Source: Candidatus Binataceae bacterium (GTDB lineage: Bacteria > Desulfobacterota > Binatia > Binatales > Binataceae). From it: 64,000 bases of DNA. How positions within the stretch are numbered: position 1 is the first letter of the stretch; every line of letters starts with the position of its first letter. This document shows positions 27,947 to 37,967 of this stretch, one piece after another. Location of the stretch: NCBI GenBank assembly GCA_035531615.1, contig DATKSQ010000143.1:22449-86448 (forward strand). The letters run 5' to 3'. Below the pieces are notes generated by a model that saw nothing but the letters and a program-made list of their open reading frames with translations, made no database searches and was not told where the DNA came from. The translations under genes were made by a program, and so were the position numbers.

Positions 27947-29197
27947 TTACGCTTCGCGGAAGGCCTTGCTCTTTACGCCGCGGGCGAAATCCCACTTGCG
28001 GCCTTTTTTGAACTCGCTCACGATGCGCCGCGACACCACCATCCGGTGCACTTCGTCGGGTCCGTCGTAGATCCGCGCAAAACGCGCGTGCCGGTACATC
28101 CGGGCCAGCGGAGTATCCTCCGACACGCCGAGCGCGCCGTGCACTTGGATCGCGCGATCGATCACGTCGTGCAGCACTTTGGCGCCGAAGAACTTGATGA
28201 GCGAGATTTCGACGCGCGCCTCGTCGCCGGCATCGATTTTCGCCGCCGCGTTAAGCGTCAGCAGGCGTGCCGCCTGAATTTCAGCCGCCGAGTCGGCGAT
28301 CCAGTTCTGCACGGTCTGCTTGTCGGAAAGCGGACCGCCGAAAGTCTGGCGGCTGACCGCCCGCTCGATCAGCAGCTCGAACGCGCGCTGCGCCTGCCCG
28401 AGCCATCGCATGCAATGAAAAATCCGTCCGGGGCCGAGCCGCTTCTGCGCGATCTTGAACGCCTGCCCGCGCGGTCCAAGCAGGTTGGTCAGCGGCACGC
28501 GCGCGTCGGTGAAGCGAATCTCGCAGTGGCCGCCGGTGGTCTCGCCCATCACCGGGACGATGCGCTCGATCTTGAGTCCGGGAGTATCGATCGGAACGAT
28601 GATCATGCTGAACTTGTCGTACGTCGCGGCATCGGGATCGGTCACGCACATGACGGTCGTGTACGCGGCATGATTGGCGCCGCTCGAAAACCACTTGTGG
28701 CCGTTGATCACCCATTCGTCGCCGTTCTGCACCGCGCGGGTGCGCAGTCCCGTCGGGTCGGCGCCCGAGACTTCCGGCTCGGTCATCGAGAAGCACGGAT
28801 AGATGTCGCCCTTGACCAGCGGAAAGAGCCAGCGCTTCTGCTGCTCGGGATTGCCGTACATGTGCAGCATCGTGGCGTCCTGCGTGGAATGTGTTCCGAG
28901 TCCGGCAATAGCGAATTCGCTGCGTCCGACCAACTCGTTGACTAACACATAGGGCATGAACGGCAGGCCGCCGCCGCCGATTTCTTTGGGCAGGCCGAGC
29001 GCCCACAGGCCGCGTTCTTTCGCCTTCGATTGAATCGATTTCATCACGCGGCCCGATTCTTCGTCGTACTTCAGCAGCGCGGGTTCGTTCGGATAAATAT
29101 GCTCGCCGATAAAATCGGTGACCCGCTTGCGGAGATCCTGAATTTCGGGACTGGCTTCCAGGTCGGCTACACTTTGCATGGTTGGATACCTCGTCAA
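27947..29197 (-). CDS. Acyl-CoA dehydrogenase
   Basis: CFSMTEPEVSGADP, WFSSGA and YDGPDEVH are ACAD-type motifs; 416 aa. Confidence 0.93.
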   Translation of the reverse strand: MTRYPTMQSVADLEASPEIQDLRKRVTDFIGEHIYPNEPALLKYDEESGRVMKSIQSKAKERGLWALGLPKEIGGGGLPFMPYVLVNELVGRSEFAIAGLGTHSTQDATMLHMYGNPEQQKRWLFPLVKGDIYPCFSMTEPEVSGADPTGLRTRAVQNGDEWVINGHKWFSSGANHAAYTTVMCVTDPDAATYDKFSMIIVPIDTPGLKIERIVPVMGETTGGHCEIRFTDARVPLTNLLGPRGQAFKIAQKRLGPGRIFHCMRWLGQAQRAFELLIERAVSRQTFGGPLSDKQTVQNWIADSAAEIQAARLLTLNAAAKIDAGDEARVEISLIKFFGAKVLHDVIDRAIQVHGALGVSEDTPLARMYRHARFARIYDGPDEVHRMVVSRRIVSEFKKGRKWDFARGVKSKAFREA

Positions 29198-29306
29198 GTA
29201 ATTGGCTTAGCGCGCCGCGGGCGGAAATGGCAAACGCGCGTCGCTCCTCGTCCTGGGCATTTGACAGCGGCGGTGGGCGTGCGCTCGAATGCGACCGAGG
29301 GATCCG

Positions 29307-30524
29307 ATGCGGTATCGCGCGCTCAGCGGAATCAAGGTCGTTGACCTGACCCATTTTATCGCGGGCCCCTACGCGACCAAGTTGTTGGCGGATTTTGGCG
29401 CGACCGTGATCAAGGTCGAGCCGCCGGCGGGCGAGGGCGGGCGGCGCATCGGGCCGTTTCGCCCCGAGACGCCGCACGCCGATCACGGCGGGATATTCGC
29501 GTACCTGAACTCGAACAAGCTCGGCGTCACGCTCGATCTGAAGCATCCGCGCGGCCGCGAACTGATTCGCGGGCTATTGCGCGACGCCGATCTGATGGTC
29601 GAGAACTTTGCGCCCGGAACTCTCGCGCGGCTGGGCCTCGAACCCTATGAATTGCTGGAAACCTTTCCGCGCCTGTCTATCGTTTCGATCTCGAATTTCG
29701 GCCAGGACGGCGCCGAACGCGGCGCAATCCTGAACGATCTGACGCTGTTCGCGCGCGGCGGTTGGACGTTTCCGGTGGGCGAGCGCGACCGCGAGCCGCT
29801 GACGCCGCCGGGCTCGCTCGCGCAATATATCGGCGGGCTTTACGGCGCGGTCGGCGCGATGCAGGCGGTACTGGCGCGCGATTTGACCTCGCATCGCGGC
29901 CAGCACGTCGATATCTCGCTGCTCGAGGCGACGGTCGCGACGATGATCTATGAAACCGTCGCGTTCCAGTACAACGGAATCTTGCGCAAGCGCGCGGGGC
30001 GGCGCTTCGCGGTCGGCCCATTCATGATCGTCACGCTCAAATGCCGCGACGGATATGCCGGACTCCACTGCGTGACCGACAAGCAGTTTATGGGCCTGTG
30101 CGATCTGATGCAGCGGCCCGATTTGAAGACCGATGATCGCTTCAACACGGCGCTAAAGCGGATGGCAAACAACGACGCGCTGCTCGAGATCGCCGCCGGG
30201 TTTTTCCTCGAACACGATCGCGACTGGCTCTATCGCGAGGGGCAGGCCCGCGCCATCCCGCTGGCGCCGATCGTGAGCGTGGCCGAAGTGCTCGAATGGG
30301 AGCAGACCCGCGCGCGCGGTTATTTCGAGACGATCGATGATCCCGCGCTCGGCCGGATTCGCATCCCCGGCGCGCCGCTGCGGCTGCATTCGCATCCGCC
30401 CGAGCCGACCCGCCCGGCGCCGCTTCTGGGCGAGCACAATTCCTCGGTTCTCGGCGCGCGGCTCGGACTCGGTGCCGACGAGCTCAGGTCATTGGCCCGG
30501 GCGGGCGTCATTGCGGAGGCATGA
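29307..30524 (+). CDS. Family III (CaiB/BaiF) CoA-transferase
   Basis: LSGIKVVDLTHFIAGPYATKLLADFGATVIKVEPPAGEGGR. The start was chosen at internal Met 29307. Confidence 0.9.
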   Translation: MRYRALSGIKVVDLTHFIAGPYATKLLADFGATVIKVEPPAGEGGRRIGPFRPETPHADHGGIFAYLNSNKLGVTLDLKHPRGRELIRGLLRDADLMVENFAPGTLARLGLEPYELLETFPRLSIVSISNFGQDGAERGAILNDLTLFARGGWTFPVGERDREPLTPPGSLAQYIGGLYGAVGAMQAVLARDLTSHRGQHVDISLLEATVATMIYETVAFQYNGILRKRAGRRFAVGPFMIVTLKCRDGYAGLHCVTDKQFMGLCDLMQRPDLKTDDRFNTALKRMANNDALLEIAAGFFLEHDRDWLYREGQARAIPLAPIVSVAEVLEWEQTRARGYFETIDDPALGRIRIPGAPLRLHSHPPEPTRPAPLLGEHNSSVLGARLGLGADELRSLARAGVIAEA

Positions 30525-31786
30525 TGGCAACCGTTTTCGATCGCAAGATTCGCGTGCTTGACCTCTCGATGGGATGGGCGGGGCCGCTCGTGGGCCAGAT
30601 GCTCGCCGAGATGGGCGCCGAAGTGATCAAGGTCGAGGACACCCACTACTTCGACTGGTGGCGCGGCTCGCTCTCGATGGCGGCGCCGGAGGCGCAGCCA
30701 ATCGAGCGCGCCTCGACCTTCAACACCGCCAATCGCGGCAAGCTGGGAGTCACGCTCGATCTTCTGAATCCGCGCGGCATCGAGCTGGTCAAGCGGCTGG
30801 CCGCGCACGCCGATATTCTGATCGAGAATTACAGCGCCGGCGTGATGGAACGCTTTGGTCTCTCCTACGAAATTCTTGCGCCGCTCAATCCGCGGTTGAT
30901 TATGATCTCGATGCCGTCGTTCGGGTACGGCGGCCCCGAGACTTACTCGCGCGGCTACGGCAACACGCTGGAGGCGATGGCTGGCGTAACCGGGCTCGTG
31001 CGTTATCACGACAGCGAACAGCCCTACACGCTGTCCAATGCGCTCGGCGATCCGGTGGGCGGGCTGACGGGGACGTTCGGAATTCTGGCGGCGTTCTATG
31101 AGCGCGAGAAAACCGGACGCGGGCAATGGATCGAGCTCGCGCAGGTCGAAGGCGTAATTCCGATGATGGCCGGGCAAATCCTCGAATATCAGCTCACGGG
31201 CCAGGCGCCGCTGCCGCGCGGCAATCGGCATCCGGATTTCGCGCCGCACGGAATTTTCCGATGCGGTACCGGATCGGAGAGCGAGGAAGCGTGGATCGCC
31301 CTTGCCGCCGCCAGCGACGATCAGTGGCGCGCGCTCGCGCGGGTGCTCGGGCTGGCGCGGCTCGAATCCGATCCGCGCTTTAGCGACCCGAAATCCCGCA
31401 AGCGCAACGAAGACGCGCTCGACGCCGAGATCGGCCGTGCGCTTGCCGCGCTTGCGATCGACGAAGCGGTCGCACGCCTGAGCGCGGCGGGGGTTTATGC
31501 CGCCCATGTCAACTCGGCGCCGGCGGTGCTGGGCGATTCGCAATTGCAGGAGCGCGGCTACTTCGTGCCGGTCGAACGTGCCGTGGTCGGGACCCATCTC
31601 TATCCGGGCGCGGTCGCGCGCATGTCCGCCACCCCGGCCGCGCAGGGCGCTCCCGCACCGCTGCTCGGCGAGCATAACGCTCAGGTGTTCCGCGGCTTGC
31701 TTGGGATGACCGAGGCGGAACTCGCGGAGCTGGAATCGGCGGGAGTCATCGGCAGCGCGCCGCGCGATTATCGAAAGGCTTCATAG
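30521..31786 (+). CDS. Family III (CaiB/BaiF) CoA-transferase, coupled partner
   Basis: IRVLDLSMGWAGPLVGQMLAEMGAEVIKVED. The start overlaps the upstream stop (ATGA). Confidence 0.9.
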   Translation: MMATVFDRKIRVLDLSMGWAGPLVGQMLAEMGAEVIKVEDTHYFDWWRGSLSMAAPEAQPIERASTFNTANRGKLGVTLDLLNPRGIELVKRLAAHADILIENYSAGVMERFGLSYEILAPLNPRLIMISMPSFGYGGPETYSRGYGNTLEAMAGVTGLVRYHDSEQPYTLSNALGDPVGGLTGTFGILAAFYEREKTGRGQWIELAQVEGVIPMMAGQILEYQLTGQAPLPRGNRHPDFAPHGIFRCGTGSESEEAWIALAAASDDQWRALARVLGLARLESDPRFSDPKSRKRNEDALDAEIGRALAALAIDEAVARLSAAGVYAAHVNSAPAVLGDSQLQERGYFVPVERAVVGTHLYPGAVARMSATPAAQGAPAPLLGEHNAQVFRGLLGMTEAELAELESAGVIGSAPRDYRKAS

Positions 31787-31803
31787 AGCGCGGCGGCGTG
31801 GGA

Positions 31804-31921
31804 GAAAAACCGTCCACAGAATACACAGATTTCACTGATTAAAAGCTCACAGAATGATTAGCGGACGGCGGCGCCGCGCCGTCGTCCGGAAAATCTGTGT
31901 TAATCTGTGAAATCTGTGGAC
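31804..31921. repeat. Palindromic CACAGA-array element, copy 1
   Basis: The termini GTCCACAGA...TCTGTGGAC are inverted. The arms are made of 9-10-nt units NNNCACAGA; the centre is the GC hairpin CGGACGGCGGCG/CGCCGTCGTCCG. Bases 31892-31921 are the exact reverse complement of 38060-38089. Confidence 0.8.
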
Positions 31922-31937
31922 TCTTTGATCTTTTCCT

Positions 31938-32270
31938 TCAGTCCAGATTCTGCTTGGCGACGAAACCCGACTGCCCCTTCATCGGACCGTCGATTATTTC
32001 CACCTCTGCGCCGTTATCGTTGGTCGAGATCACCTTGACCGGCGTCTGATCGTCAATCTGCTTGGCCGCCAGATTCTGTCCCACGTTGCCCAGCATCCCC
32101 TGCACTCCTCCCTGCTGCTTGAGCTGCGAGAGCTTGGTGTAGGTCTGCTCGTCGGGGTACAGTGGGACGGACTTTTCGCCCTGCTGAGCGACCAGCTTAT
32201 GGCCGCATCCTGCGAGCGCGAGCGAGATTCCGACTGCGGCGGCCGCCACCATAATCTTCCAAGGCTTCAT
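31938..32270 (-). CDS. Putative lipoprotein (110 aa)
   Basis: GGAGGA RBS, MKPWKIMVAAAAVGISLALAGC lipobox, and a Gln/Gly-rich mature part. Confidence 0.6.
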   Translation of the reverse strand: MKPWKIMVAAAAVGISLALAGCGHKLVAQQGEKSVPLYPDEQTYTKLSQLKQQGGVQGMLGNVGQNLAAKQIDDQTPVKVISTNDNGAEVEIIDGPMKGQSGFVAKQNLD

Positions 32271-32492
32271 GCTTCCTCCGGCTCGGGCATTGGGTTTTGG
32301 CCCTGGGGCATCGGCGAAGCGCCAGGGCGTTTCAATCACGGGTGGCTATCGGTAATTGAGCGGACCGATCGCGTCCCGTGGGCGCCTCAATGTGTCCAAA
32401 TCAACGGCGATCGGCAAAATTGCCGGGGCCATGCCGCCATGATAGCATTTCCCTTTCGTGTTTCGGAGGATTTTCGCTCCGAACGCATCGCG

Positions 32493-33050
32493 ATGCGTAT
32501 TGGTCTCATTTCCGACACCCATATTCCCGAAGCCTGCGAGCGTCTGCCCGCCCGGGTTTTCGAGGTTTTTCGCGGTGTTGATCTGGTGATGCACGCCGGC
32601 GACGTGTACGTGAACCGGGTGCTCGACGAGTTGGCGCAAATCGCGCCGGTCATCGCGGCGCTGGGCAACGGTGACGAGGGTCTGGACGGTCATCGCTTCA
32701 TGCTCGCGCCCGACGCGCGCGTGCGTGAGGCGCATCTGATCGAACTCGAGGGCCTGCGGATTGGGCTGGTACACGCGGTGCCGACTCCGGAAGAGACCTC
32801 GGATGAGGTTTTCGCGCGGGCGATCGAAAGGAATTTTGGCGGTCCCGTCGATATAATCGTGCAGGGCCACAGCCATATTGAAGGGATCGTCCGCTACGGC
32901 GCGACGCTGGTCGTAAATCCCGGCAGCGCGACGCTGCCGCGCAACCTGGTTGGAATACCGGGCACGGTGGCGATTCTCGAAATATCGTGCGGCGCGATCA
33001 TGTCGGCTAAGATCGTAAGCCTGGCGCCGGAAACGGCGGCCGAAATCTGA
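32493..33050 (+). CDS. YfcE/MJ0936-family metallophosphoesterase
   Basis: MRIGLISDTHIP...MHAGDV...GNGD...QGHSH motif series. Confidence 0.85.
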   Translation: MRIGLISDTHIPEACERLPARVFEVFRGVDLVMHAGDVYVNRVLDELAQIAPVIAALGNGDEGLDGHRFMLAPDARVREAHLIELEGLRIGLVHAVPTPEETSDEVFARAIERNFGGPVDIIVQGHSHIEGIVRYGATLVVNPGSATLPRNLVGIPGTVAILEISCGAIMSAKIVSLAPETAAEI

Positions 33051-33113
33051 TCGACCTGGGAGGATAGTTTGCCCGACGACAATCCGGCGGCCGTGCGCAA
33101 GGGCGCGGTCACG

Positions 33114-34412
33114 ATGGAAAAGCTGGTCAATCTCTGCAAGCGGCGGGGATTGGTCTTTCCGACGAGCGACATCTACGGCGGCCTCGGCTCGACCTTCGAC
33201 TACGGTCCTTTGGGCGTCGAGCTCAAGCGCAACGTCAAGGAAGCGTGGTGGCGCGAGATGGTGCAATATCGCGCCGACGTGATTGGGCTGGACTCCGCGA
33301 TTTTCCAGCATCCGAAGACCTGGGAAGCGTCGCAGCACTTGCAAAATTTCACCGACCCGCTGGTCGATTGCAAGCTCTGCAAGCATCGCTTCCGCGCCGA
33401 CAAGATCGAGGGCGGCAAATGTCCCGATTGCGGCGGCGAGCTGACCGAGGCGCGCAATTTCAACCTGATGTTCAAAACCTTTCTTGGGCCGGTCGAGGAC
33501 AGCGCTTCGATTGTCTATCTACGGCCCGAGACCGCGCAGGGAATCTTCGCGAACTTCCAGAACATGGTCGATACGCAGCGCGTCAAGCTGCCGTTTGGCG
33601 TCGCGCAGATCGGCAAATCGTTCCGCAACGAAATCACCACCGAGAATTTCATCTTCCGCACCCGCGAGTTCGAACAGATGGAGATGGAGTTTTTCCTCAA
33701 GCCCGATGCCGCCGAGGAAGCGAAGTGGTACGCCTATTGGGTCGATTTCCGCTTCAACTGGCACGTCAAGTACGGCCTCAAACCCGAGCATTTGCGCCGC
33801 CGCGAGCACGCGAGCGACGAGCTCTCCCACTATTCGAGCGGCACCACCGACATCGAATTTCGCTACCCGTTTGGATGGGGTGAACTCGAGGGCGTGGCCA
33901 AGCGCGGCAGCTTCGATCTCGATCAACACGCCAAATTCAGCGGCAAGGATCTGACCTACTTCGATGAGGACGCGAAGGCGCGCTATCGCCCCTGGGTGAT
34001 CGAGCCGGCGCTCGGCGTGGACCGCGTGATGCTGGCGTTCATGCTCGAGGCCTACGACGAAGACGTGGTCGAGAACGAGGCGCGCATCGTGCTGCGCTTC
34101 GATCCGCGGCTCGCGCCGATCAAGGTCGCCGTCTATCCGCTACTGCGCAAAAACGGGCAACCCGAAAAGGCGCATGGGGTGCGCGAGACTTTGCAGCGGC
34201 ACTTCGCGACCGCGTACGATCAGGCTGGCTCGATTGGGCGGCGCTATCGCCGCTCGGACGAAGTCGGCACTCCCTACGGCGTGACCATCGACCATCAAAC
34301 GATGGAGGACGACACCGTCACGCTGCGCGACCGCGATTCGACCGCGCAGGAACGGGTGCCGATCACGCGGCTGGTCGAAGTGGTCCGCGACAAGATCGGA
34401 TGGACAAAATAG
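33114..34412 (+). CDS. glyQS: Glycine--tRNA ligase (dimeric class II type)
   Basis: MEKLVNLCKRRGLVFPTSDIYGGLGSTFDYGPLGVELKRNVKEAWW; FRNEITTENFIFRTREFEQME. Confidence 0.95.
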   Translation: MEKLVNLCKRRGLVFPTSDIYGGLGSTFDYGPLGVELKRNVKEAWWREMVQYRADVIGLDSAIFQHPKTWEASQHLQNFTDPLVDCKLCKHRFRADKIEGGKCPDCGGELTEARNFNLMFKTFLGPVEDSASIVYLRPETAQGIFANFQNMVDTQRVKLPFGVAQIGKSFRNEITTENFIFRTREFEQMEMEFFLKPDAAEEAKWYAYWVDFRFNWHVKYGLKPEHLRRREHASDELSHYSSGTTDIEFRYPFGWGELEGVAKRGSFDLDQHAKFSGKDLTYFDEDAKARYRPWVIEPALGVDRVMLAFMLEAYDEDVVENEARIVLRFDPRLAPIKVAVYPLLRKNGQPEKAHGVRETLQRHFATAYDQAGSIGRRYRRSDEVGTPYGVTIDHQTMEDDTVTLRDRDSTAQERVPITRLVEVVRDKIGWTK

Positions 34413-34488
34413 CGAATTGAACCGCGGCAACCCGCGGCAATCGTAATATCGAACCCGCGTCAAGCGGAAACTGGAGACGATACCGGAA

Positions 34489-37236
34489 ATGGCTCGAGTG
34501 CATCCTGAGATTTTCTTTTTCGGCGCGGGCGCGGCGGAAGGCCGCGCCGCGATGCGTGATCTGCTGGGCGGCAAGGGCGCGAACCTGGCCGAGATGGCTT
34601 CCCTTAAGCTGCCGGTGCCGCCCGGCTTCACCATCACGACCCGGGTTTGCAACTATTTCTACGCGCATCAGAACAAGTACCCGAAGGGTCTCGCCGAGGG
34701 CGTCAAGAAAAGCGTCGCGCGCATCGAAAAGGCGCTCGGCCGCAAGTTCGGCGACCCGAAAAATCCGCTGCTGGTCTCCGTGCGCTCCGGCGCGCGCGTC
34801 TCGATGCCGGGGATGATGGACACGGTGCTGAACCTCGGCTTGACCGACGAGACCGTTAAGGGTCTCGAGGCGGCTTCCGGCAATCCGCGCTTCGCGTGGG
34901 ATTCCTACCGCCGCTTTTGCCAGATGTACGGCGACGTGGTGCTGAAGCTCAAACCCGAGAACAAGAACGACGTCGATCCGTTCGAGGAATTGATCGATCG
35001 CAAAAAGGCCGCGCGCGGCGTCAAGCAGGACGTCGAGCTGTCGGTCGATGATCTGCGCGAGCTGGTCGGCGAGTTCCGCGATCTGATCCGCCGCCGCGTG
35101 GGCCGCGACCTGCCGCAGGATCCGAACGAGCAGCTCTGGGAGGCGATCGGCGCGGTCTTCGGCTCGTGGAACAACGACCGCGCGATCACCTATCGGCGCA
35201 TCAACAATATCCCCGGCGACTGGGGCACCGCGGTTACCGTGCAATCGATGGTGTTCGGAAACCTGGGGGCGAACTGCGCCACCGGCGTCGCCTTTACCCG
35301 CGATCCCGGCACCGGCGAAAAGGGACTCTACGGCGAGTTCCTGCCCGACGCGCAGGGCGAAGATGTCGTCGCCGGCGTGCGCACTCCGCGCCCCAACAGT
35401 CTCGCCGCGGGCCACAAGATGGCCGAGCGGGTGGGGATGAGCGAGGCCGAACGCAAGCGCGATCACGCGACCCTAGAGGAGACGTTTCCCGCCGCCTACA
35501 AAGAGCTGGTCGCGATCGGCGCGCGCCTCGAACGCCATTTCCGCGACTGCCAGGACATGGAATTCACCATCGAGCGCGAGCGCCTGTTCATGCTCCAAAC
35601 CCGCAACGGCAAGCGCACCGCGATTTCGGCGGTGCGGATCGCGGTCGATATGGCCGACGAAAAGCTTATCGATCGCAAGGTCGCGCTCACGCGCGTTGAG
35701 CCCGAGACCCTCGAACAATTCCTGCATCCGCGGCTTGACCCGAGCGCGAAGAAGCAGGTGATCGCGCGCGGATTGCCGGCCTCGCCGGGCGCCGTGTTCG
35801 GCGAGGTCGCGTTCTCCGCCGAAGAGGCGGTGGCAGTCAGCGCGGCGGGCCGCCCGGTTATCCTGGTGCGAATCGAAACCTCGCCGGAAGACATCCACGG
35901 GATGCAGGTCGCCGAGGGAATTCTGACTGCGCGTGGCGGCATGACCAGCCACGCCGCCGTGGTCGCGCGTGGGATGGGCAAGTGCTGCGTGGCGGGTTGC
36001 AGCGCGCTCGAAATCGATTACAACGCCGGCACGCTGTCGGCCGACGGCCACGTGGTCCGCCGCGGCGAGTACCTGACGCTCGACGGCTCGGCGGGCGAGG
36101 TGATTATCGGGCGCGTGCCGACCGTGCAGCCGGAAATGCCCTCCTACCTGAAGAAGTTCATGGGCTGGGCTGACGCGACGCGCAAGCTGGGCGTGCGCGC
36201 CAACGCCGACACTCCCACCGACGCTCGGGTCGCGCGCGAGTTCGGCGCCGAGGGAATCGGGCTGTGCCGGACCGAGCACATGTTTTTCGATCCCGAGCGG
36301 ATCGAGGCGGTGCGCCAGATGATCCTGGCCGAGAACGCGCGCCAGCGCGCCGCGGCGCTCGCGAAGATTCTGCCGATGCAGCGCGCGGACTTCGTCGGAA
36401 TCCTGAAAGAGATGGCGCCGATGCCGGTCACGATTCGCCTGCTCGATCCGCCGCTGCACGAATTTCTGCCCAAAGAGGACGCCGAGATCGCGGACTTGGC
36501 CGCTAAGATCGGCGTCACGCCCACGCATCTAAAACAGGTGCGCGACAGCCTGTTCGAGTTCAATCCGATGCTCGGGCATCGCGGCTCGCGCCTGGGCATC
36601 AGCTACCCCGAGATCTACAAGGCGCAAGCGCGCGCGATTCTCGAAGCGGCCTGCGAGCTGCGCAAGCAGGGCGTCAAGGCGACGCCCGAGATCATGCTTC
36701 CGCTGATTGGGGACAAAAAGGAATTCGACGTGCTCGCGGCCGAGATTCGCGAGGTCGCAACGGAAGTGTTCGCTGAGATGGGCACGAAAGTCGCCTTCAC
36801 GATCGGCACGATGATCGAAGTGCCGCGCGCCTGCATCATGGCCGGCGAGATCGCCCAGTCGGCGGAGTTCTTCTCGTTCGGCACCAACGACTTGACCCAG
36901 ATGGCCTATGGGCTGTCGCGCGACGACTCGTCGCGTTTCCTGAACGATTACATCGTGCGCGGAATTTACAAGAAGGATCCGTTCCAGGAACTCGACGCCA
37001 GCGGCGTTGGCGATCTGATGCGCATCGCGATCGAGCGCGGCCGCAAAACAAACAAAAAGCTGAAGATCGGAATCTGCGGCGAGCACGGCGGCGACCCCGC
37101 CAGCGTCAAGACCTGTCATCACCTCGGGCTGGATTACGTATCCTGCTCGCCGTACCGGCTGCCGGTCGCGCGCCTGGCCGCGGCGCAAGCGGCGATCGAA
37201 GCGGGCCAGAAGAAGAAAGCCTTCAAGGACGTGTAG
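34489..37236 (+). CDS. ppdK: Pyruvate, phosphate dikinase
   Basis: LLGGKGANLAEM, phospho-His loop GGMTSHAAVVARGMG, FFSFGTNDLTQM; 915 aa. Confidence 0.97.
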   Translation: MARVHPEIFFFGAGAAEGRAAMRDLLGGKGANLAEMASLKLPVPPGFTITTRVCNYFYAHQNKYPKGLAEGVKKSVARIEKALGRKFGDPKNPLLVSVRSGARVSMPGMMDTVLNLGLTDETVKGLEAASGNPRFAWDSYRRFCQMYGDVVLKLKPENKNDVDPFEELIDRKKAARGVKQDVELSVDDLRELVGEFRDLIRRRVGRDLPQDPNEQLWEAIGAVFGSWNNDRAITYRRINNIPGDWGTAVTVQSMVFGNLGANCATGVAFTRDPGTGEKGLYGEFLPDAQGEDVVAGVRTPRPNSLAAGHKMAERVGMSEAERKRDHATLEETFPAAYKELVAIGARLERHFRDCQDMEFTIERERLFMLQTRNGKRTAISAVRIAVDMADEKLIDRKVALTRVEPETLEQFLHPRLDPSAKKQVIARGLPASPGAVFGEVAFSAEEAVAVSAAGRPVILVRIETSPEDIHGMQVAEGILTARGGMTSHAAVVARGMGKCCVAGCSALEIDYNAGTLSADGHVVRRGEYLTLDGSAGEVIIGRVPTVQPEMPSYLKKFMGWADATRKLGVRANADTPTDARVAREFGAEGIGLCRTEHMFFDPERIEAVRQMILAENARQRAAALAKILPMQRADFVGILKEMAPMPVTIRLLDPPLHEFLPKEDAEIADLAAKIGVTPTHLKQVRDSLFEFNPMLGHRGSRLGISYPEIYKAQARAILEAACELRKQGVKATPEIMLPLIGDKKEFDVLAAEIREVATEVFAEMGTKVAFTIGTMIEVPRACIMAGEIAQSAEFFSFGTNDLTQMAYGLSRDDSSRFLNDYIVRGIYKKDPFQELDASGVGDLMRIAIERGRKTNKKLKIGICGEHGGDPASVKTCHHLGLDYVSCSPYRLPVARLAAAQAAIEAGQKKKAFKDV

Positions 37237-37299
37237 GGTGGCGCTGGCGCGCACAAGATTTACCGCATATAGTTGAGCGTAGCAAATCTGCTACGCGAC

Positions 37300-37545
37300 A
37301 TGAAAACCATCCCCCAACGCGAACTGCGCAATCGGGTCAGCGGTGTGCTGCGCCGGGTCGAAGCCGGCGAGAGCCTGCGCATCACCGTCGATGGACGCCC
37401 GGTCGCTGATCTGGTGCCGATCACCGCCGCCCGCACGTGGGTGCCGAAAGACCGGGTCCTGCAATTGCTCGCACGAGCCGCGCTCGACCGCAAATTTACG
37501 AGCGACATCGGCGCCGCGACCGGCGCGACGATCGACGACCTCTGA
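37300..37545 (+). CDS. Phd/YefM-type antitoxin
   Basis: MKTIPQRELRNRVSGVLRRVEAGESLRITVDGRPVADLVPI. Its stop overlaps the PIN gene start (ATGA-type overlap at 37543-37547). Confidence 0.85.
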   Translation: MKTIPQRELRNRVSGVLRRVEAGESLRITVDGRPVADLVPITAARTWVPKDRVLQLLARAALDRKFTSDIGAATGATIDDL

Positions 37546-37949
37546 TGGCCGCCGACCCGGAGGTGGCCGATCGCGGGCTGCTCGATACCTCGATCTTCAT
37601 CGCGCGCGAGAGCGGCCGTCCGCTCGGCGCATTGCCCGAGGCAGCCGCGATCTCGGTCGTAACGATCGCGGAGTTGCATTTGGGTGTTTTGATGGCCTCC
37701 GGCGCGGCGACACGGGCGCGAAGGCTTCGCACGCTGACGTCAGTGCAGAATATGTTCGATCCGCTGCTGATAGATTCCGGCGTTGCGCGAGCCTTCGCTG
37801 AGATTGTCGCCGAGGCTCGGCGCAAAGGGTGGCGGCCAAAAATCATGGATACCTGGATCGCGGCGACCGCAATTGCGAATGATCTGCCGGTTTACACGCA
37901 GGACGCCGACTTTCTTGTGATTCCGGGCGTGCGCGTAACGCGTGTGTGA
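37545..37949 (+). CDS. vapC: PIN-domain toxin VapC
   Basis: GLLDTSIFIARE...ISVVTIAELHLGV...MDTWIAATAIANDLPVYTQDADF. Confidence 0.88.
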   Translation: MAADPEVADRGLLDTSIFIARESGRPLGALPEAAAISVVTIAELHLGVLMASGAATRARRLRTLTSVQNMFDPLLIDSGVARAFAEIVAEARRKGWRPKIMDTWIAATAIANDLPVYTQDADFLVIPGVRVTRV

Positions 37950-37967
37950 GGCCGTCGCGCCGCGGCA

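Noticed and set aside
28281-31675. Two long minus-strand ORFs (28281-29546, 421 aa; 30320-31675, 451 aa)
   Set aside because: The first is out of frame within or antisense to the ACAD and CoA-transferase genes; the second is antisense to the CoA-transferase pair. Both are Arg-rich and neither has motifs.
31804-31921. CRISPR-like appearance of the repeated CACAGA units
   Set aside because: The units are only 9-10 nt with no spacers, are arranged as inverted arrays around a hairpin, and no cas genes are present. This is a palindromic repeat element, not CRISPR.
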